A stretch of 64,000 bases of DNA, taken from Candidatus Moraniibacteriota bacterium (lineage in GTDB: Bacteria > Patescibacteriota > Minisyncoccia > Moranbacterales > JAPLXC01). The notes beneath the pieces were generated by a model. The model saw only the letters and a program-made list of their open reading frames with translations. It did not search any database and had not been told where the DNA came from. Where the stretch lies: positions 37,084 to 101,083 of the forward strand of contig JAPLXC010000007.1 of NCBI GenBank assembly GCA_026396275.1, read 5' to 3'. The translations under genes were made by a program, and so were the position numbers. Below are positions 56,551 to 64,000 of this stretch, piece by piece (the stretch's first letter is position 1; every line of letters starts with the position of its first letter).

Positions 56551-59346
56551 TTACGGCGCTACTTCTTTCCAGCTTGGACCGCAGTTCTTGGTCCCGGGGC
56601 AAACGGAGTTGCCGCAACTGTCATTGCAATTAGTGCCCTTGCAAATACTAGCTTCGCAGCCGGTGTTGCAAACACACACGGGGAGAGATGAAACATTGAC
56701 TGTGAAATTTACCGTATAGCCGCTACTGGCGGAGGATCTCATACTCACTCCTTCGGAGCCGGGATTATCAGCTGTTAAAACTTTAGGATTAGTGCCAGAC
56801 AAACTAACCGCGTTGTTAGGAGTATTATTGTCGCTCCAGAAGACAAGATTGGAATAGGTAATATCCCCGCTTGCATCGTCACACGCCGATGAGAGATTAT
56901 GGCAGGCCTTCAGATTTAAAGTTTGACCAACTGTCATAGTTCTGGAAGACTCATTGGCAATTAAAATTCCACTGTCGCAGGCATTCACGCACAATTTTGT
57001 GGTAGATGATTGGTACTGAATGGGAACATGAGCGATGGTTTTGATATAATTTGCCGCCTTATTTAAACGACCGTATGCCATAAGATAAGCGTAAAGATTG
57101 CCATTGGAAAAACTACCGGGAGCGGTTCCTTTATCGCCGGATCCGGGAAAGGAAAGAAACGTTATGTCATAGATGAAATAATCATTAGAAGAAGGACCCG
57201 GAGGAACAGACGGAAAAGTATAGTAATTAACCGCTGAAAGCGAGGAAGGACTGACGATTCCTGATTCACTGCTTCCGTAAGGTTCAACTGTATAGCTGAA
57301 CTGCTCACTGGAAATGCTGAACTGCAAGTTGTCCAGATTAGTAGCAGAGCCGTTTTCACAGACATTATTGGACAACATCCCGCTGAATGTTATCGGATTG
57401 CCCGCCCCGAACGAAGAATTGGGAACTGGATTTCCCCATTCCGTCAGATATAAACCTTCGGGGACACCAGAACTAGAATTATAATAATAAAAATCCATCA
57501 CGACTTGCGAAGAGCGAGCTGGCAACACAGTGTGGGATATTCCCGCTGTCATATAGCATCCGGGACTGGCTTCTATATAATCAATAGAACCGAAATAAAT
57601 ATAGCGACTGTCTCCGCTAAATTGTCCTTGGCTTCCAGTGTTAAGCATGGGCTGAATCTCGTTAAACGAGGAATGAACTGTTTTAGGAAGCATAACATAA
57701 TTTACATTTTTTAAAATTTCAAATATTCTGCAGCTATCACTGGGGGCAAAGGGGAAGGTGATAGGAGAATCAGTTATTATGAAGTGCCCCTCATCGCCAT
57801 TCCGATCTCCTTTCAAGCGCAGTCCGAAATAGTCCGGGGTGTATTCCGCCTGGAAGCAGGGATTGTCTCCATAATCCTTTATTGAGTTATCTGTACAACC
57901 TTTACCGCCACCAGGATAATCCTGCGATTGAACCTCCGGAGAAAATCCAAGCAGTACTGCCGAAGCCAAGGCCAGGGTTCCGATAAAAACGAAGATTAAC
58001 ATAACATTCTGCCTTTTTCTGATCTTCCAGATTACCAAAGCACTGATAATTAGCACTAAAACAAGTGCCCCAACGGCGGCGATTTTTCCTGCCGTCATTT
58101 TTCCTTTGGCTTTTTCAACTTCAACTGGAGCTGATTTAGGTCCTTCCAGTAAGGAGGATAAATCAGAGGGATTGAGTTTGACTGAATAACTGTCCAGAGT
58201 TGAGTTATCCTTTGATATTTTCGCTTCAGCGCTTAAAACCGCGGCCAGTTTTTCTGGTTTCACATTAGAAAGATCAATAGCCACATTTTCCGTGAAAGTT
58301 CCGGAGAGCCGGATATCTTTTTTAGCCGAGCTAAGAATTTCCCCGCCATTCTTGATGTCAACAGACAGCGTTCCGGTTCCGGCATTGGACATATCCGCCG
58401 GCCCGGCGTAACTCACAGCGAAAGTTAATGCTTTCTTTCCAATTTCCCCTTGAGAGGAAGCCAGTGAAACACTTAGTATTTTAGCGCTCACTCCTTTCAC
58501 TACCCAGCGGAAATAGACCTCATTGGAAACAGCTTCATTTGTTTGGAGATCAATGATCTGGATTCTGGCTAAATACGATCCTCCCGGCTTATCTATTTGA
58601 GGAAGAACGATGGTTAAATTGCTTTTGCCAGCTGAAACAGCTAAATCTTGAGTTTCTTCTTTTAATTTTTCCAGTAAGGTATCGCGGTAATAAACCTGAG
58701 TTTTTATTTTGACATTTTTGAGATCAGTTTTATTCTCTACCGTAAAAGCGGCTTCTATCTTGTCTCCCTTATCAACACTTACTCCTTCAATGGGAGAGCC
58801 GGCGGCCGTTCCGTTCGCCAGCAATTTAGTATCGGAAATGGAAAGATATTTCCCGCTGGCGTCAGTCACCGTAATTTTGGCGCTTTTCCAACTGGCCATC
58901 GTGCCAGATGATCGGAATGCTTCGATTAGGAACAGGTGTTCGCCGGATTGGAGATTAAGGGGAACAACGTAACTAAAATTAATATTCTTTTCCCCTAGGA
59001 TGCCAAGGGAAATAAAATCTGGAGATATTTGAGTATCAATAGGAACACGGGGTGTGTTGTCAATATACCCTTTCCCTGTGTCTCCGGCTGGCTTCTCAAA
59101 GAGCCGCATTTTGTAGCGCAAATCAGAAACAATTTGGCCGCTGTTATTTACCAGCGTAAAGCTTCCCGTCAGTTTTTCTCCCGCCTTAACAGTACCGCTG
59201 CCTAATTTAATATCCTTGATTTGAATTTCCGTAGGACTGGCATTCATCCCGCTGTTTCCCGTCTGGGCCGAAGCTAGGAAGGGAATCAGCCCCAAAAACA
59301 GGAATGGCGCTAAGGCAAAAAGATAAACTTTTTTGTTTTTCCGCAT
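56551..59346 (-). CDS. large secreted/surface protein with internal TM segments and Cys-rich C-terminus
   Basis: Signal peptide, 931 aa, C-terminal CVCNTGCEASICKGTNCNDSCGNSVCPGTKNC. Confidence 0.5.
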   Translation of the reverse strand: MRKNKKVYLFALAPFLFLGLIPFLASAQTGNSGMNASPTEIQIKDIKLGSGTVKAGEKLTGSFTLVNNSGQIVSDLRYKMRLFEKPAGDTGKGYIDNTPRVPIDTQISPDFISLGILGEKNINFSYVVPLNLQSGEHLFLIEAFRSSGTMASWKSAKITVTDASGKYLSISDTKLLANGTAAGSPIEGVSVDKGDKIEAAFTVENKTDLKNVKIKTQVYYRDTLLEKLKEETQDLAVSAGKSNLTIVLPQIDKPGGSYLARIQIIDLQTNEAVSNEVYFRWVVKGVSAKILSVSLASSQGEIGKKALTFAVSYAGPADMSNAGTGTLSVDIKNGGEILSSAKKDIRLSGTFTENVAIDLSNVKPEKLAAVLSAEAKISKDNSTLDSYSVKLNPSDLSSLLEGPKSAPVEVEKAKGKMTAGKIAAVGALVLVLIISALVIWKIRKRQNVMLIFVFIGTLALASAVLLGFSPEVQSQDYPGGGKGCTDNSIKDYGDNPCFQAEYTPDYFGLRLKGDRNGDEGHFIITDSPITFPFAPSDSCRIFEILKNVNYVMLPKTVHSSFNEIQPMLNTGSQGQFSGDSRYIYFGSIDYIEASPGCYMTAGISHTVLPARSSQVVMDFYYYNSSSGVPEGLYLTEWGNPVPNSSFGAGNPITFSGMLSNNVCENGSATNLDNLQFSISSEQFSYTVEPYGSSESGIVSPSSLSAVNYYTFPSVPPGPSSNDYFIYDITFLSFPGSGDKGTAPGSFSNGNLYAYLMAYGRLNKAANYIKTIAHVPIQYQSSTTKLCVNACDSGILIANESSRTMTVGQTLNLKACHNLSSACDDASGDITYSNLVFWSDNNTPNNAVSLSGTNPKVLTADNPGSEGVSMRSSASSGYTVNFTVNVSSLPVCVCNTGCEASICKGTNCNDSCGNSVCPGTKNCGPSWKEVAP

Positions 59347-59386
59347 ATGTTTTTTGTTTACGCTTTAGTTAGTTAACTGCTTGAAA

Positions 59387-60238
59387 TTATACCATATTTT
59401 TCCTCCTTAACAAAAAGGTAGCTGTGGATAAAATAATTAGCGCTATTGATAATATTTGCCCCAGCGTAAGCCAATTATTTGCCAAAATTGCTCCTTTCTC
59501 CGGCTCGCGGAAAAATTCTATAAAAAATCTAAAAAAACCGTAGCCGAAAAGATATAACATAAAGCATGGAACATGGAACACTTTATTTTTATATTTTATT
59601 CCATTTCTCAATGCCCAAAGAATGGCAAACAGCACTATTCCCTCCAGAAATGCTTCATAAAGTTGCGAAGGGTGGCGCAGCAGTCCCAGTCCATCAGCCG
59701 GAAAGTACATTCCCCACGGCAGATTTGTCGGCACGCCATAGAGCTCGCCGTTTAAGAAATTTCCTATCCGACCGAAAAAGTAGCCGGCGGGAACGGCGGG
59801 AATGACAAAATCGGCCAGCTGCCAAAAATTAAGATTATTTCTTTTGGCGAACACAAGGCCGGCAATTATCACTCCGACAAGCCCGCCAAAGTAGCTCATT
59901 CCGTAAAAACCGGTATACTCAAAGCCCGCAATCTGCAATCCGTAACCCTCTATGCTAAACGGCAAAAAAATTTCCAAAGGATGTTGAAGATAATACGGCA
60001 AACCATAAAAAATAACATAGCCCAGCCGCGCGCCAATAAGTAATCCTATAATCAAATAAATCATTAAATCCGGAATGGAAATTTTATTTGGCGACTCTTT
60101 TATTCTATATTTAAGTAATAAATACACTGTCAGGAAACCCGCTAAATACATAATTGAGTACCACTTAACAGAAAAAGATCCGATTGAAAAAACAATCGGA
60201 TTGATGTGTTCAGGAATATGTTGATACCATTCAAGCAT
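59387..60238 (-). CDS. lgt: prolipoprotein diacylglyceryl transferase
   Basis: GRIGNFLNGELYG signature, multi-TM. Confidence 0.85.
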   Translation of the reverse strand: MLEWYQHIPEHINPIVFSIGSFSVKWYSIMYLAGFLTVYLLLKYRIKESPNKISIPDLMIYLIIGLLIGARLGYVIFYGLPYYLQHPLEIFLPFSIEGYGLQIAGFEYTGFYGMSYFGGLVGVIIAGLVFAKRNNLNFWQLADFVIPAVPAGYFFGRIGNFLNGELYGVPTNLPWGMYFPADGLGLLRHPSQLYEAFLEGIVLFAILWALRNGIKYKNKVFHVPCFMLYLFGYGFFRFFIEFFREPEKGAILANNWLTLGQILSIALIILSTATFLLRRKNMV

Positions 60239-61391
60239 TATAGTCCTTTAATTGCCCTTTAAACTCAATCGCGTAAATCTCCCAAAGGGTGAGAAAAAGC
60301 GCCATGATAATGGGACCGATGAGAAAACCGGGAAGGCCAAAAACCGCCAGTCCTCCCAAAGTGGCGAAAAAAACCAAAAGAGGATGCATTTGAGTGTCAC
60401 GCCCCACTAACTTGGGCCGGAGCAGGTTGTCAATGGTGGAAATAATTCCTAATCCCACCGCTAAAATTAAAATTCCCTGCCAAACATTGCCCAAAAGAAT
60501 CATAATAACGCCGGCTGGAAACCAAACGACGGCCGGACCCACCATCGGAACGAAGGAAAAAATCAGCATCAGCACCGTCCAAACAACCGGTGAAGAAACA
60601 CCAGCCGCCGCCAAAGTAATGCCCCCGATAGTTGCCTGAATAATGCCAATAACCAGCGACCCTTTGAGCGTAGCCCGGGTAATGGAAACAAATTTATCAA
60701 TGAGCAGTTTTTCGTGAACATCCCGCAAAGGACTAAGTTGCGTAATTTTCCGAACTAACTTACCTCCGTCAGTTAAAAAGTAAAAAAGAGTAAAAAACAT
60801 TACGAAGGTCCAAAAAATAAAATGGACTGCGCCTTGGTAGGTTTTTTGAATGATATTCAGCGCTCCTTGGCTGATGTTTTTGAGAGAATCAATTGTTTCT
60901 TTCTGCTGGAAAAGTTTCTCCAGTTCAAAATTTTGAACGAGGGGAAGATTTCTAAAATACTGCAATCCCTTATTCAGTTGTTCGGGAAAGACCGTTTCCC
61001 CGGCGGAGATGTCTTTTACTAAAGAAGCGACTTCATTGGCTACCAGCCCCAAAATTACAAAGAAAGGGGTGACGATTACTATTATTACCAAAAGAGAAGT
61101 AAGCAAAGCGCTCACGCCGGAGCGATTCCCGGTAATTTTGAGGAAAAAGCGGTGGGGTTTTTGAAAAATGACGGCTAAAATCGCCGCTGTTAAAACAGCC
61201 GTGAGAAACGGCTGGAAAAGAAAAAAAGCGATCGCGCTCACTAAAACGAGAACAAGAAAGAAAAAATATACATTAAAATTGCGAAGTTCCATTCGTTTTG
61301 AAATAAAACCGGCATCTGCTAAAATTATATCATAGAGAAAACTAATATCAAATTTAAGAAAAATGGAGCACCAGAAAATTTCAGTGGTCAT
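60231..61391 (-). CDS. AI-2E family transporter (PerM/UPF0118)
   Basis: 8 TM topology and length; start likely internal MELRNFNVYFF. Confidence 0.55.
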   Translation of the reverse strand: MTTEIFWCSIFLKFDISFLYDIILADAGFISKRMELRNFNVYFFFLVLVLVSAIAFFLFQPFLTAVLTAAILAVIFQKPHRFFLKITGNRSGVSALLTSLLVIIVIVTPFFVILGLVANEVASLVKDISAGETVFPEQLNKGLQYFRNLPLVQNFELEKLFQQKETIDSLKNISQGALNIIQKTYQGAVHFIFWTFVMFFTLFYFLTDGGKLVRKITQLSPLRDVHEKLLIDKFVSITRATLKGSLVIGIIQATIGGITLAAAGVSSPVVWTVLMLIFSFVPMVGPAVVWFPAGVIMILLGNVWQGILILAVGLGIISTIDNLLRPKLVGRDTQMHPLLVFFATLGGLAVFGLPGFLIGPIIMALFLTLWEIYAIEFKGQLKDYNA

Positions 61392-62121
61392 TCCCTGCTT
61401 TAACGAGGGAAAGACGATTTATCAAAATATCAAAAAAATAAGCGAATACCTTGTCCAGAACTTTTCCGATTTTGAAATTATCGTTGTCAACGACGGCAGT
61501 ACTGACAATACTCTTTCAGAATTGCGCATCGTCAAGCAGGAAGTGCCGCTCAAAATCATCAATAACGAGCAAAATGAAGGTAAGGGCAAGGCAGTGAGAG
61601 ACGGAATTTTGGCGAGCAGCAATGAGATTGTGATGTTTCTGGACGCTGATCTGGCTATTCCTATCGAGGAACTGGGAAAGTTTATGGAAGAATTAAAAAA
61701 AGGCAACGACATTGTCATTGCTTCCCGCTTTATTCCCGGTCTTAAAATTTTAAGGCCGGTCTTGTGGTATCGCAAAATAATGGAAAGAATATTTAGAGCC
61801 CTGCGAATGATAATGCTCAATTCCTGGAAAGTCAAAGACACCCAGTGCGGCTTCAAGGTTTTTCGGAAAGAAGTCGCTCAACGGATATTTTCTATGGCGA
61901 CTATCAACCGTTTTGCTTTTGACGCGGAAATAATCTTTGTCGCCAAAAAATTCGGCTACCAAATAAAGGAATTGCCAATTTCTCTTCAAAATCCGCCGAA
62001 AAGCCATGTCAGAATTTTCCGCGATTCTATCAATATGTTTTTTTCCCTCATAAAAATCCGCTTTAACGACTTAAACGGAATATACAAATGGAAACAGAAA
62101 GTAATTACCGAAAAAAACTAA
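61363..62121 (+). CDS. glycosyltransferase family 2 (dolichyl-phosphate glycosyltransferase-like)
   Basis: ISVVIPCFNE ... VVNDGSTDNT ... DAD motifs. Confidence 0.8.
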   Translation: MEHQKISVVIPCFNEGKTIYQNIKKISEYLVQNFSDFEIIVVNDGSTDNTLSELRIVKQEVPLKIINNEQNEGKGKAVRDGILASSNEIVMFLDADLAIPIEELGKFMEELKKGNDIVIASRFIPGLKILRPVLWYRKIMERIFRALRMIMLNSWKVKDTQCGFKVFRKEVAQRIFSMATINRFAFDAEIIFVAKKFGYQIKELPISLQNPPKSHVRIFRDSINMFFSLIKIRFNDLNGIYKWKQKVITEKN

Positions 62122-62780
62122 TCGTCTCGGCTGACGATTTTGGCCTAAGTGGCAGGGCAAATGAAAATATTTTGAAATTAGCCAGGCTCGGAAAAATTGA
62201 CCGGGTCTCTATTTTAATTAACGGATTTGTTTTAATGGAAGATATTAAAGAGCTCCAGAAAAGTAATGTTAAGATTGATTTGCATCTCACTTTTCCGGAA
62301 GGAATAAGAAAAAGAAGGGGAATAATTCGCCGTTCTTTCGTGTTTCTTTCCAAATACGCTCTTCACAAGTCAAGCGTTTCGGTTCTCGAAAAAGAATGGC
62401 GAAAACAGATTGACTTGTTTTTTGAAAATTACGGCCGCGCGCCTGACGGCCTGAACTCGCACGAATACATTCACTTTTTTCCCGCCTATTTTAAGATAGC
62501 TGCCGGCCTTTGCGAAAAATATAACATTCCATACCTGCGCTTCGGAAAAAAAGGCGTGATAAAAAACAGCAGCGCCGTTTCCAGAATACTAGGCATCCTT
62601 TGCGAAAAAAACAAGCGTGCCTTTTCAGCTTCGGGATTGCTGACTTCGGATTACCTGATCAGTCTTGACTGGATAAAGGACGCGCAAAAATTAAAAAACT
62701 CCTTCCCGAAAGGAACAATTGAAATTGTTTGCCATCCGCAAAGAGAAAAAGAATTTAAAATAATTAGACAGAATTTCTAA
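62088..62780 (+). CDS. ChbG/YdjC family carbohydrate deacetylase
   Basis: LIVSADDFGLS ... HLTF ... HEYIHFFP motifs. Confidence 0.7.
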   Translation: METESNYRKKLIVSADDFGLSGRANENILKLARLGKIDRVSILINGFVLMEDIKELQKSNVKIDLHLTFPEGIRKRRGIIRRSFVFLSKYALHKSSVSVLEKEWRKQIDLFFENYGRAPDGLNSHEYIHFFPAYFKIAAGLCEKYNIPYLRFGKKGVIKNSSAVSRILGILCEKNKRAFSASGLLTSDYLISLDWIKDAQKLKNSFPKGTIEIVCHPQREKEFKIIRQNF

Positions 62781-62823
62781 GCCAGCCAACGCCTGTGATC
62801 CCCGCTAAACTTTCATTCACTTC

Positions 62824-63393
62824 CTATTCCTTGCAGCAATCCATTATCTTTTCAATGATATTTCCCAATTTTCCCCAGAGGGTGATTTTTTTTCCGCCGG
62901 ATGGAGAATCATCTCTCGGAACTATCACTTCCAAATTTTCTTCCTTATTTTCTGCCTCGCTTTCTATGTCTTTAACTCCCAACAAATCAAGATTTAATCC
63001 CCAGAAAATATTCCAGAGAGTATAGGCCTTGTCAAATAATTCTCTGGCCTCTTTTTCTTCACCCACGCCTAACTTTTTCGTTCCAACCTCAATAAAACGC
63101 ATCGCCGCCGCCAGCAGGTGCTTGGAAATGCACCATACCTCTCCTTTGGTATTTTTGACAATCTTCGCCAGCATTTCTTTGCGCATTTCTCTTACTTCCC
63201 CGAGAAGCTGCAAAAAATTATCGTCTTTTGTTTTTTGATAGGTAAAGTAAAAATGTTCTTCCAGTGAAATCAAATTCATTACTCCGATTCCCAAGTCCTC
63301 TTTGGAGGAAAGATCAAGCTCATGGCTTTTTTCCTTCAGAACTTTTATTCTGTCAAGAAGGTTACGAACTTTTTCTTCATTATGAGTAGTCAT
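62824..63393 (-). CDS. hypothetical protein
   Basis: 189 aa; no family recognised. Confidence 0.4.
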   Translation of the reverse strand: MTTHNEEKVRNLLDRIKVLKEKSHELDLSSKEDLGIGVMNLISLEEHFYFTYQKTKDDNFLQLLGEVREMRKEMLAKIVKNTKGEVWCISKHLLAAAMRFIEVGTKKLGVGEEKEARELFDKAYTLWNIFWGLNLDLLGVKDIESEAENKEENLEVIVPRDDSPSGGKKITLWGKLGNIIEKIMDCCKE

Positions 63394-63410
63394 AAAAATC
63401 TAATAAAAAA

Positions 63411-63845
63411 TTAAAGCATCCAATAAAATACAGCACTTATCGCCAGCAGTCCAGCTAAAGGAATAATAATACGCTGGTAATGAAAATATATCTGGCCGTT
63501 ATGGCGGGAAATAGCAAAATCATTTATCTTAGCAATGAGGAAAAGCATCACGGCTCCCGCCAAAGAGCCGGCAATTACCCTAGGAAGTCCCAAAATAATA
63601 ACAGAGGAATCCCAAGAAAGCTGCCTATAGATTGGGAAAAAGGAAATAAGCCAAGTTGCCAGCAGAATAAGCCAAAAACTGAAAGGGAAACCCTTCCCTT
63701 TTTTAATTAAAAATTTATTAAGGACAACCGAAAATGACACGATGAGGGCTCCAATCCACAAGCCCAGAATAAATTCATCAACTCCCAGCAGACGAGCCAG
63801 TCCCAGACCACCGGCTATTCCTACCGGGCAAAGAGGGCCGCACAT
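63411..63845 (-). CDS. hypothetical membrane protein
   Basis: 144 aa, 4 TM helices. Confidence 0.45.
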   Translation of the reverse strand: MCGPLCPVGIAGGLGLARLLGVDEFILGLWIGALIVSFSVVLNKFLIKKGKGFPFSFWLILLATWLISFFPIYRQLSWDSSVIILGLPRVIAGSLAGAVMLFLIAKINDFAISRHNGQIYFHYQRIIIPLAGLLAISAVFYWML

Positions 63846-64000
63846 ACAGCATTATGTGAATTTTAACTTTTACAACTGTTTTATTATACTCTGTTTTTAG
63901 AGTTTAGAAAAGCGATCGCTTCCCAACCAGTCGCTTTTCTAAATCATGTCTTCAATTATTCCCGTCAGTCGGAAAATGCCAAATACGCTGGAATGAAAAA

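Noticed and set aside
1-64000. CRISPR arrays, rRNA genes, transposase/integrase genes
   Set aside because: No regularly spaced direct repeats with spacers, no rRNA-like conserved stretches, and no DDE/tyrosine-recombinase signatures were seen in any frame.

Overview
This 64 kb window looks like a small, AT-biased bacterial genome with many short, weak-SD genes and unusual ribosomal leaders. I infer it is Patescibacteria/CPR-like; that is an inference, not a classification.

Housekeeping blocks:
- A partial peptide ABC substrate-binding gene, then secG, rsmI and uvrA.
- rpsF-ssb-rpsR-efp, recA, a RodZ-like gene and ftsK.
- acyP, an M23 peptidase, and further downstream tRNA-Gly(UCC), smpB, a putative tmRNA (ssrA) and infC-rpmI-rplT.
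- rpoB-rpoC.
- A cell-envelope/glycan cluster at the 3' end: L,D-transpeptidase, GH1 and GH-A hydrolases, an EamA transporter, lgt, an AI-2E transporter, a GT2 and a YdjC deacetylase.

Between about 17.3 and 33.3 kb lies an accessory island, which I read as a defence/mobile-remnant region. It contains:
- two divergent YdeN-like alpha/beta hydrolases;
- an ArsR regulator flanked by identical 28-bp palindromes;
- a bacterial SET-domain protein;
- a very AT-rich foreign block carrying a RusA-like resolvase operon with membrane and acidic small proteins, plus a KAP-family P-loop NTPase;
- a GIY-YIG-like protein;
- a complete LexA-like repressor fused in-frame to a beta-class N6/N4 DNA methyltransferase, convergent with a putative PD-(D/E)xK restriction endonuclease;
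- a Fic protein;
- an unannotated AbrB/MazE-like gene with a palindromic operator.

The island is also threaded with short GC-rich dispersed repeat fragments and with exact direct repeats (20 nt and 36 nt) that bracket single genes. A family of catgaaacatgtaaca-type palindromic elements sits immediately upstream of the start codons of six translation-related genes. No CRISPR array and no rRNA were seen.

All functional calls come from by-eye motif recognition; no searches were run.
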